Source: a candidate division WOR-3 bacterium (lineage in GTDB: Bacteria > Hydrothermota > Hydrothermia > B15-G9 > WFZT01). From it: a DNA stretch of 17,556 nt. This document shows, in pieces, positions 9,112-16,399 of this stretch. The stretch lies in NCBI GenBank assembly GCA_027053075.1, contig JALUEE010000022.1, positions 1 to 17,556 on the forward strand. The letters run 5' to 3'. The notes beneath the pieces were generated by a model. The model did not search any database. It was given only the letters and a program-made list of their open reading frames with translations, and was not told where the DNA came from. Made by a program: the position numbers and the translations under genes. Within the stretch, counting starts at the first letter, position 1, and every line of letters starts with the position of its first letter.

Positions 9112-11010
9112 TTAATCCACTACCTCATAGTTTGTTGAATCGTCACCCTTATCCTGCTGCTGTTGCTGCTGGGTCTGTGCCCCTGCTCCTGCAGCCTGCT
9201 GGGCCTTATAAATCTCCTGTGTCACTTCGTTCCAGATACGCTGCAGATTTTCAAATTCCTGCCTGATCTTTCCGGCGTCATCCTGGTTGAGCACATCTCT
9301 TAAGGATTTGATTGCACTTTCCACCTGAGATTTCTTATCTGCCGGTATCTTGTCTCCGAGTTCCTTGAGGCTCTTTTCCACAGAGTAAGCAAAAGCATCA
9401 GCCTGATTGCGGAGATCGATAAGCTCTTTCCTCTTCCGGTCTTCCTCAGCATGTGCCTCAGCTTCTTTTACCATTCTTTCAATCTCTTCCTCAGTCAGTC
9501 CGGTTCTCGCATGAATCTTAATTGAAGCTTCCTTGTTTGTGCCCTTGTCAACGGCTTTCACATGCAGTATTCCATCTGCATCCAGATCAAATGTTACTTC
9601 TATCTGGGGCACGCCTCTTGGGGCTGGTGGAATTCCTGTAAGCTCAAACTGCCCAAGCAGCCTGTTCTCCGAAGCAATAGGTCTTTCGCCCTGATAAACT
9701 TTGATTAAAACACTGGTCTGGTTGTCTTCAGCAGTTGTGTAGATCTTGGATTTCCTTGTTGGAATGGTTGTATTCCTTGGAATCACAACGTCAAATACAC
9801 CACCGAGAGTTTCCACACCGAGAGAGAGTGGTGTAACGTCAAGGAGAACAATGTCCTTGTCCTTGTATTCACCGGCAAGGATTCCTGCCTGAATGGCAGC
9901 TCCAATGGCCACGACCTCATCGGGGTTGATTCCCTTGTGAGGCTCTTTGCCGAAAAACTCTTTCACCATCTGCTGAACGAGTGGCATCCTTGTCTGACCA
10001 CCAACAAGGATTACCTCGTCAATATCCGCAGGTGAAACTTTGGCATCTTCAAGGGCCTGACGGCAGATTGTGATGGTTCTCTCGATCAGGTCACGGGACA
10101 TCGCCTCAAGTCTCGCACGGGTAAGCTTTCTCTCAAGATGCTTGGGGCCAGAAGCGTCGGCCGCAATAAATGGCAGGGAGATGGTGGTTTCCATCATTGT
10201 TGAAAGCTCTTTCTTCGCCTTCTCCGCTGCTTCCCTGAGCCTCTGGAGTGCCATTTTATCCTGTCTCAGGTCGATTCCGGTCTCGTTTTTGAACTCTTCG
10301 ATAAGCCATTCAACTATTCTCTGGTCAATGTCATCGCCACCAAGATGGGTATCACCCTTTGTGGCTTTTACCTCAAAGACACCCTGATCAAGCTCGAGGA
10401 TGGAAATGTCGAAAGTACCGCCACCGAGGTCATAAACCGCGACACGGATGGTTCTGTCAGTCTTGTTTAAGCCATAGGCCAGAGCTGCTGCTGTTGGCTC
10501 GGGGAATACACGTAAAACCTCGAGTCCTGCAATGATTCCTGCGTCTTTGGTTGCCTGCCTCTGTGCGTCGTTGAAGTAAGCCGGAACTGTAATGACAGCC
10601 TTCTTGACGGGTTCACCGAGGTAGCTTTCAGCGGCTTTTTTGAGGTATGAGAGAATCTTTGCCGAAATCTCTTCAGGGGTGAAGTTTTTGTTTACTGCCG
10701 GTATGAATATCTCCACGCGATCGTTCTTTCCACGAACTACTTTATACGGTACTCTTCTAATGTCTTCGAGGGCCTCGTCGTATCTGCGGCCCATGAATCT
10801 TTTTACAGAATAAACTGTATTCTCAGAGTTTGTGATTGCCTGTCTTTTTGCAAGGGAACCAACAAGGACCTCAGAGTCCTTAAAGCCAACAACAGAGGGA
10901 GTTAATCTTTCTCCCTCAGGATTTGGAATAACAGTTGGTTCACCACCTATGACAACAGCTACCACAGAGTTTGTCGTTCCAAGGTCAATACCTATGATCT
11001 TTTCGGCCAT
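9112..11010 (-). CDS. dnaK: Chaperone DnaK (Hsp70)
   Basis: [62 protein letters not shown]. Confidence 0.99.
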   Translation of the reverse strand: MAEKIIGIDLGTTNSVVAVVIGGEPTVIPNPEGERLTPSVVGFKDSEVLVGSLAKRQAITNSENTVYSVKRFMGRRYDEALEDIRRVPYKVVRGKNDRVEIFIPAVNKNFTPEEISAKILSYLKKAAESYLGEPVKKAVITVPAYFNDAQRQATKDAGIIAGLEVLRVFPEPTAAALAYGLNKTDRTIRVAVYDLGGGTFDISILELDQGVFEVKATKGDTHLGGDDIDQRIVEWLIEEFKNETGIDLRQDKMALQRLREAAEKAKKELSTMMETTISLPFIAADASGPKHLERKLTRARLEAMSRDLIERTITICRQALEDAKVSPADIDEVILVGGQTRMPLVQQMVKEFFGKEPHKGINPDEVVAIGAAIQAGILAGEYKDKDIVLLDVTPLSLGVETLGGVFDVVIPRNTTIPTRKSKIYTTAEDNQTSVLIKVYQGERPIASENRLLGQFELTGIPPAPRGVPQIEVTFDLDADGILHVKAVDKGTNKEASIKIHARTGLTEEEIERMVKEAEAHAEEDRKRKELIDLRNQADAFAYSVEKSLKELGDKIPADKKSQVESAIKSLRDVLNQDDAGKIRQEFENLQRIWNEVTQEIYKAQQAAGAGAQTQQQQQQDKGDDSTNYEVVD

Positions 11011-11011
11011 A

Positions 11012-11530
11012 TTACATCCCTCCCTTCGTAGGGTCTTCTTTTGCCCTTGCGGGCTCTTTGGAAACTGAGACCCTCGCTGGTCTCAGCAGTTTGTTTTTGA
11101 ATTTGTAACCTCTCTGGAATTCCTCGACTACCACACCAGGCTCCACTTCACTGGTTTCTTTAACTGAAATGGCCTCGTGGAGTCTCGGATCGAATTTTTC
11201 GCCTCTTGAATCAAATGGCTCAAGCCCTTCCTTTTTCAGTACTTCAAGGAGGCTTTTGTAAATCATTTCCACGCCTTTTTTGATGGAGTCCACATCAGTG
11301 GCCTCTTTCATCGCGTCGAGAGCCCGCTCGAAGTTGTCGAGAACCGGAAGTAGCTCGAAAACGAGGCGTTCATTGGCATATTCAACGGCCTTCTTCCACT
11401 CTGCCTCGATCCGCTTTTTGTAGTTATCATGATCTGCAAGGGCTCTCAAATAAAGGTTCTTATATTCATCTCTCTCTTTTTTGATTTTCTCCATCTCCTC
11501 TTTTAACCTCTGTGTCCAGTGCTTTTTCAC
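11012..11530 (-). CDS. grpE: Nucleotide exchange factor GrpE
   Basis: [38 protein letters not shown]...[13 protein letters not shown] start with AAGGAGG SD. Confidence 0.97.
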   Translation of the reverse strand: MKKHWTQRLKEEMEKIKKERDEYKNLYLRALADHDNYKKRIEAEWKKAVEYANERLVFELLPVLDNFERALDAMKEATDVDSIKKGVEMIYKSLLEVLKKEGLEPFDSRGEKFDPRLHEAISVKETSEVEPGVVVEEFQRGYKFKNKLLRPARVSVSKEPARAKEDPTKGGM

Positions 11531-11573
11531 AGGGCCAACCTCCTTGATGGGAAGTGTTCATTGTGAGTAGTAA

Positions 11574-11602
11574 TAGATACCTGTTTATAATTTTATTGTC
11601 AA
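11574..11602 (-). promoter_or_regulatory. Putative sigma70 promoter of grpE-dnaK
   Basis: Perfect TTGACA (11602-11597), 17-bp AT-rich spacer, weak -10 TATCTA. Confidence 0.45.
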
Positions 11603-11799
11603 GCCGTTACTCAAGAATTTTTATAAAAGGGTGTAAGGACGTAACCTCTGTTAAATTCAGGACTTGGGCTAACTTTAATTCAAAAGGAATCCTATGGCTT
11701 GAGTTTTTGTAGATGTTTATGAGGGTTTCCCAAGAGGGGAATTTTGTTGATTATAGCGAGTTCACTGAGTTTCCAACGAAAAAAGTGTAATCCGCAGGT

Positions 11800-11828
11800 T
11801 TGTTCTGTCGTTCATGCGGTGCTATAAT
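11800..11828 (+). promoter_or_regulatory. Sigma70 promoter of mazG (extended -10)
   Basis: TTGTTC (11800-11805), 17-bp spacer, TATAAT (11823-11828) preceded by TGn. ATG is 8 nt downstream. Confidence 0.7.
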
Positions 11829-11836
11829 TCTGCACT

Positions 11837-12583
11837 ATGAAAAGGTCACTTGATGAAATATGGAAGATTGTGGAGAGGCTGAGGGCTCCAGACGGCTGTC
11901 CCTGGGATCGGGCACAGACCAATGAAACTATTCGCTTTGATCTCATCGAAGAGGCATACGAGGTTCTTGACGCAATTGAGAAAAAAGACTGGCAGTCTCT
12001 AAAGGAAGAGCTTGGAGATGTGATTTTCCTCGCTCTTTTACATGCAAAGATTGCGGAGGATGAGGGGAAATTTACTATTGATGATGTCATTGATACTATC
12101 GTCAAAAAAATGATTCACAGGCATCCTCACGTATTTGGAGACAAAAAATTCAAGAATCAGGAAGAGCTCCTTGAAAACTGGGAGAAGAGTAAGGGATACG
12201 GGATTTTTGAGCATGTGAATTTTTCGCTTCCCGCGTTGATGCTTGCACAGAAGGTGGGCAATCGAGCTGCAAGGGTGGGATTCGACTGGACGAAGGGAGA
12301 AGATGTGCTTGAAAAGGTCAAAGAGGAAATCGAAGAGCTAAAGAATGCGAAGGATGAGGAGCAGGTTGAAGAAGAAATGGGGGACCTACTGTTTTCCATC
12401 GTTAATTATGCACGTCATCGAGGTATAAATGCTGAAGATGCCCTGAGAAAGACTGTGAAAAAATTTGTCAAAAGGTTTTCATATATTGAAAGGAAGGCAA
12501 AGGAAAAGGGCAAGGATTTAAACGACATGTCCCTCGAAGAGATGGACAAACTCTGGGAAGAGTCAAAAGATAAGAAAAAGTAA
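11837..12583 (+). CDS. mazG: Nucleoside triphosphate pyrophosphohydrolase MazG (tandem domain)
   Basis: LRAPDGCPWDRAQT, EEAYEV, EELGDV, KMIHRHPHVF, LPALMLAQKV...VGFDW, EEMGDLLFS. Confidence 0.97.
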   Translation: MKRSLDEIWKIVERLRAPDGCPWDRAQTNETIRFDLIEEAYEVLDAIEKKDWQSLKEELGDVIFLALLHAKIAEDEGKFTIDDVIDTIVKKMIHRHPHVFGDKKFKNQEELLENWEKSKGYGIFEHVNFSLPALMLAQKVGNRAARVGFDWTKGEDVLEKVKEEIEELKNAKDEEQVEEEMGDLLFSIVNYARHRGINAEDALRKTVKKFVKRFSYIERKAKEKGKDLNDMSLEEMDKLWEESKDKKK

Positions 12584-12652
12584 AGAAAACCAATCACCTT
12601 TCCCACAATTTAACCCCTTGGTGGCACATCGAATCTCATATTTTGCCTGAAT

Positions 12653-12840
12653 ATGTAACCCATCACCTCAATCCTCTCCCCGCAAGAATTTATGCGGGGG
12701 AGAGGAAGATTTTTGGGATGTGAGTAAAATCCTTTTTCAAACCTGTTCCACTATGCCCCTGCATCTCCAAAATTTTCACACACTGCGAGCCAAAATCCCC
12801 TCCTTCCTTTGGAAGGAGGGGTTAGGGGAGAATGGTGAAA
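12653..12840. repeat. ~185-bp composite repeat (REP doublet), copy 2
   Basis: Homologous to 322-505. Palindromes at 12673-12705 and 12797-12821, with their asymmetric tails in opposite orientation. Confidence 0.85.
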
Positions 12841-12923
12841 GATGACACATTTAAAGTTCTGCTACATGTTCAAACATCTGATAGCTATGAAGGACTTAAA
12901 ATTTAAAAAATTTTAATATGTTT

Positions 12924-12967
12924 CCCCTCACCTAACCTCTCCCCGCAAGAATTTATGCGGGGAGAGG
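12924..12967. repeat. REP-like palindrome
   Basis: CCCCTCACCTAA-CCTCTCCCCGCA-AGAATTTA-TGCGGGGAGAGG, near-identical to 328-372 and 12660-12705. Confidence 0.88.
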
Positions 12968-13126
12968 GAGTGTTTTAATTTGCTATCTCAAAGTTTTAAA
13001 CAAAAAGCTGTGCACTTGGGCAAAGTGAATTGTCACATAATTATCTTTGAAACATGTGTAACCACAACATCAAAAATATTTCCCTACACAAGAGAAGCTT
13101 GTGTTATGAAATGGCTACAAACTTTT

Positions 13127-13170
13127 CCCTCCCCCGCTTGAGAAGCAAGCGGGGGAGGGTGAGGGAGGGG
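13127..13170. repeat. REP-like palindrome (reverse orientation)
   Basis: CCCTCCCCCGCTTG-AGAAG-CAAGCGGGGGAGGG, 14-bp stem, with TGAGGGAGGGG tail. May also act as a terminator for rlmB. Confidence 0.8.
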
Positions 13171-13201
13171 TCGTTCCGCTTGAAAATTCAAAATAAAATC
13201 T

Positions 13202-13927
13202 TCACCCCATATCCCTCACTGCAAATGCCAGGGCAATGGCAAAGGCTGAGGCTGCATTTAATGAGCCTGTTTTCCCCTTCATTGGGATACTAACTACATA
13301 ATCACTTTCTTTCAAAGTAAGCCGGCTCACACCCTTATCCTCTCCACCTATCACGATGGCAAGAGGGAATGGAAATTTGAAATTGAAGATATTTTCTCCA
13401 CCTATCTCAACGGATACAACAAAACCACCTTCTTTTTTAAAGTTTCTCAAAAAGCTTGCAATATTAGGAACTACAGCAATGGGGATGTGAAATATCGCTC
13501 CTGCTGAAGCCTTGACCACTGTTTCTGATAGGGGGGCTTGGCGTCGTGATGGAATCACGACGCCAAGCCCCCCTAAAACCTCCGTTGTCCTTATTATGTT
13601 CCCCAAATTCTGCGGGTCCTCTACATGATCAACCACCGCTACAATCCCTCGATTTTTTACAACCCTCTCAATAATCTCTGAAGCTGAAACCGTCTCTATT
13701 GGGCTTATCCTCGCAACTATACCCTGGTGATTTACATTCCCCACCATACTTTTGAGCTTTTCCCTCGATACAAGGGACACAGGAATCCTGGATTCTTTGA
13801 TCCTGTCGTAAATCTTCTGGTCAATTCTCACCCCCTTTTGAATATAAATTTTTGTGATACGCTCAGGATTGGTCTGGAGTAGCTCATAAACGGGATTCCG
13901 GCCAAAAATGAGGTTATCCGTTTTCAT
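13202..13927 (-). CDS. rlmB: 23S rRNA Gm2251 2'-O-methyltransferase (TrmH/SpoU family)
   Basis: LIFGRNPVYELL, NHQGIVA, DHVEDPQNLGNIIRT, KASAGA, IGGEDKGV, SIPMKG...SLNAA. Start placed at ATG 13927 (MKTDN). Confidence 0.92.
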   Translation of the reverse strand: MKTDNLIFGRNPVYELLQTNPERITKIYIQKGVRIDQKIYDRIKESRIPVSLVSREKLKSMVGNVNHQGIVARISPIETVSASEIIERVVKNRGIVAVVDHVEDPQNLGNIIRTTEVLGGLGVVIPSRRQAPLSETVVKASAGAIFHIPIAVVPNIASFLRNFKKEGGFVVSVEIGGENIFNFKFPFPLAIVIGGEDKGVSRLTLKESDYVVSIPMKGKTGSLNAASAFAIALAFAVRDMG

Positions 13928-15032
13928 GCCCACCTTCTTCATAGAGCTCCACAAGTTTCTCCACTATCCTGCGGGACGCGTTGCCATCTAATTTGTAAAA
14001 AAGCTCGCGTTTATATTCTTCGGCCTTCTCTTTCATCTCGTCCGTGGGATTCAGGGCACGCTCGATGGCCGCGGGAAGCTCCTCGGGCCTCGAGATATGC
14101 ACAAAGGCACCTTCCAAAAACTCCCGGTTGTCCTCACTCAAAATAGGAGTTCCGTCATGGTGCTTGAGCTTTTCATAAGGAAGGTTGTAGATGATACCAA
14201 ACTTTCCAATGGCCAGAAATTCAAACATGGTGCTCGAGGCCTCCGTGATCATGGTATCCGCAACGTAAATAAACGGCAGGATATTGTGCTCTTCTTTGGG
14301 AATCAAAACCGCGTGGGGATACTTCTTAAGCCGTTTTTCAAAGATTCTGTGCTGGGAATGGGGTGCATATTTTCCCCTCCACGAGTAGGGATGAAGTTTG
14401 ATGATAAGATTGTAATCCCTGGTGTATTCGAAGATGGCATCCTTCAGGGCGTAGATACTCGTTGGCTTGTAAGTAGGGGCATAAAGGACCGTTTTCTTCT
14501 CTGGATCAAGTCCCCATTTTCTCATAATTTCTTCCCGATTTAATTTGCCCTGAAAAATAGGGTCAAGCTTGGGATATCCCACCACGTATACCTCATTCTT
14601 CAAAAGGGCACCTTCCTCAATGATTTTACGCTTCCGGTAGGGCCCCTCAACGAATATGATATACTTTGTGTCTGGCTGGCTTTTCAGATTTCTGTAAAGA
14701 ATGGTCTTTATGCCTGTGCCGTGGTTTACAAAGGCAAGGATTGTTTTGCCATAGAGGTGTGCGTCTCTGATGGTATCCCCTGTAATAACGATGTCAAAAC
14801 CACTCTTGGTTTCAGCAATTTTCAAACCTTCGCGTCTCAACTGTTCGTGAATTTTGTCTTTTAGGCTTCTTGTAAAAATGGAAAATTTACGCTCTTTTTC
14901 GTCCTCACAGGAGAAATAGATATCAAAACGAGGGTCATCTTTCATAACCTCATAAATGGGGTCGAGTGAGGCTCTGTGGTAGAGAAAGCTCAGTCTGAAG
15001 AGGACTTTAATCTTACGGGAAGAGTTCTCCAT
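13914..15032 (-). CDS. CDP-glycerol glycerophosphotransferase family protein (TagB/TagF-like, GT-B fold)
   Basis: NHGTGIK, VGYPKLD, KTVLYAPTY, LIIKLHP, ADTMITEASS.MFEF, DGNASRRIV motifs. Confidence 0.82.
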   Translation of the reverse strand: MENSSRKIKVLFRLSFLYHRASLDPIYEVMKDDPRFDIYFSCEDEKERKFSIFTRSLKDKIHEQLRREGLKIAETKSGFDIVITGDTIRDAHLYGKTILAFVNHGTGIKTILYRNLKSQPDTKYIIFVEGPYRKRKIIEEGALLKNEVYVVGYPKLDPIFQGKLNREEIMRKWGLDPEKKTVLYAPTYKPTSIYALKDAIFEYTRDYNLIIKLHPYSWRGKYAPHSQHRIFEKRLKKYPHAVLIPKEEHNILPFIYVADTMITEASSTMFEFLAIGKFGIIYNLPYEKLKHHDGTPILSEDNREFLEGAFVHISRPEELPAAIERALNPTDEMKEKAEEYKRELFYKLDGNASRRIVEKLVELYEEGGHENG

Positions 15033-16011
15033 TGGGTGTCTCTTCTTCCTCCGGGAGTCCGAGGTAAACGTATCTTTTCAGATTCTGCATAAATTCAGAC
15101 CAGGGGGAATCGGGCTCTCTGCGTCTGTTTCTCGCATCAATGAACATCCATATTTTGGAATCCATGTTGTCTGCAAAGTGTAGAATCTGGGCTTCAAGGG
15201 TCATTGGTCGAACAGGTGAGCCCCATTCGAGCTCTCCGTGGTGGGAAATAACCAGATGGAGTAGCTGTAATTTGAGGTCTTCCGGGAATCCACCCCTGAA
15301 GTTCTTCATTTCCCGGATTTTCCGCATGATCATTTCGTAGCCTATCACCAGATGTCCAAGAAGTCGTCCAACATCTGTCCGGTCTATGCTCGGAAAATAG
15401 GAATATTCTTCGGTTTTGCCAATGTCATGTAAGAGCGCTCCGGTGACGAGCAGGTCAAAATTTACCTCTTTGTAACGGGAGGCAATGCTTATACAGAGTT
15501 CGGTTACGTTTAAAGTGTGCTCTAAAAGGCCACCGATATAAGCGTGATGGTGTGATTTGGCACCGGGGGCCATTTTGAATTTTTTCAGGAATTCAGGATC
15601 ACCGAAGAAACGCTTGAGAAGCTCTTTCATATGGGGGTTTTTGACCCTTTCGATTATTCTGTGGAGTTTTAATACCATTAGCTCGATATCATGCGGGGTG
15701 GTTGGGATAAAGTCGGTAACATCGTAGTCTTCAAGTGGTGTGACTTCAGCGATTTTTATGGTTATCTCCTCACGGTATTGGTCAACTGTGCCGCGAATTT
15801 TTATTACCTCGCCAGCCTTAATGTGAATGCGGTGCTTTTCAATGTCGTCAAAGACTCTTGCGGGAACTGAGCCGGTTGCATCAGAAAGGACCACATCGAG
15901 GAAGTCTCCACCGTCCCGCTTTTTCTTTGTTTTTATACTTGAAACGAGGAATGCATCCTCAATTTCTTCGTTGATATGGTCTCTTAAGTCCTTCACAAAA
16001 ACCTGCTTCAT
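15013..16011 (-). CDS. yhaM: OB-fold + HD-domain 3'-5' exoribonuclease (YhaM/Cbf1-like)
   Basis: OB fold (LSDATGSVPARVF), HHHAYIGGLLEHTL, LLHDIGK, GHL, SHHG.LEWGSP, HFADNMDS. Confidence 0.9.
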   Translation of the reverse strand: MKQVFVKDLRDHINEEIEDAFLVSSIKTKKKRDGGDFLDVVLSDATGSVPARVFDDIEKHRIHIKAGEVIKIRGTVDQYREEITIKIAEVTPLEDYDVTDFIPTTPHDIELMVLKLHRIIERVKNPHMKELLKRFFGDPEFLKKFKMAPGAKSHHHAYIGGLLEHTLNVTELCISIASRYKEVNFDLLVTGALLHDIGKTEEYSYFPSIDRTDVGRLLGHLVIGYEMIMRKIREMKNFRGGFPEDLKLQLLHLVISHHGELEWGSPVRPMTLEAQILHFADNMDSKIWMFIDARNRRREPDSPWSEFMQNLKRYVYLGLPEEEETPNGELFP

Positions 16012-16020
16012 AAGGTTAAC

Positions 16021-16049
16021 ATAATACTTTACCGCTTTGAATTTTGCAA
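16021..16049 (-). promoter_or_regulatory. Sigma70 promoter of the yhaM operon
   Basis: TTGCAA (16049-16044), 17-bp spacer, TATTAT (16026-16021). ATG is 9 nt downstream. Confidence 0.65.
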
Positions 16050-16115
16050 TTGATTTGGGTGAGATTTTATTGAGTAGTCAACATCTTGAATTTTTTGTAG
16101 AATTTAAGAGGAAGG

Positions 16116-16133
16116 CCCTCTCCCTCAATCCCT
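16116..16133 (+). repeat. Half REP-like element (interrupted target of the IS110)
   Basis: CCCTCTCCCTCAATCCCT resembles the REP leader (cf. CACCTCAATCCT at 12664-12675), but the palindrome that follows in other copies is missing. Confidence 0.6.
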
Positions 16134-16195
16134 TCTTCTATAATGTTTGTTGTTATTTATGATGGTTATCACTAAAAATATAGGGAAAACACTTC

Positions 16196-16375
16196 GGGAG
16201 GAGATGGTATGAGTGGGTGGAGACCGGCCTTGGTCCTGGGGCATGACCCCGAGGGGGAGATTGGTCCCTCCACCTGGGGTATAAGCCTGGATTGTTATTC
16301 GTGTAAAAAATCACTCCATTCAGAAGGTTAGGCTATACCCCATTCGGTGGAGGCTCCCACTCTCCATCTCCTCCC
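16196..16375 (+). ncRNA. Putative IS110 bridge RNA
   Basis: Closing stems 16196-16207/16364-16375 and 16211-16217/16356-16362 enclose two arms (16222-16266, 16267-16353), each with a large internal loop. Loop sequences match the junction and REP DNA. Confidence 0.72.
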
Positions 16376-16399
16376 AATAAAAAAAACAGGAGGTGCATT

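Noticed and set aside
9112..9200. DnaK ending QQQQQQ...YEVVD, resembling the eukaryotic EEVD
   Set aside because: Gln/Ala/Gly-rich tails ending in (Y/F)EVVD are common in bacterial DnaK.
11609..11704. HspR HAIR operator
   Set aside because: Half-sites are not arranged as CTTGAGT-N7-ACTCAAG; the best candidate (11663-11684) is degenerate with N8 spacing.
13054..13293. 79-aa ORF
   Set aside because: Crosses a REP palindrome and overlaps rlmB antisense; no SD or recognisable motif.
1653..15340. Numerous 60-150 aa opposite-strand ORFs inside rpoD, dnaG, mutS2, rsmE, dnaJ, dnaK, mazG, the glycerophosphotransferase gene and yhaM
   Set aside because: Antisense shadows (often Ser/Phe-rich) of well-supported genes, with no independent signals.
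16131..16200. Terminal inverted repeats or target-site duplication for the IS
   Set aside because: The right end is outside the window so this cannot be assessed, and IS110-group elements generally lack them.
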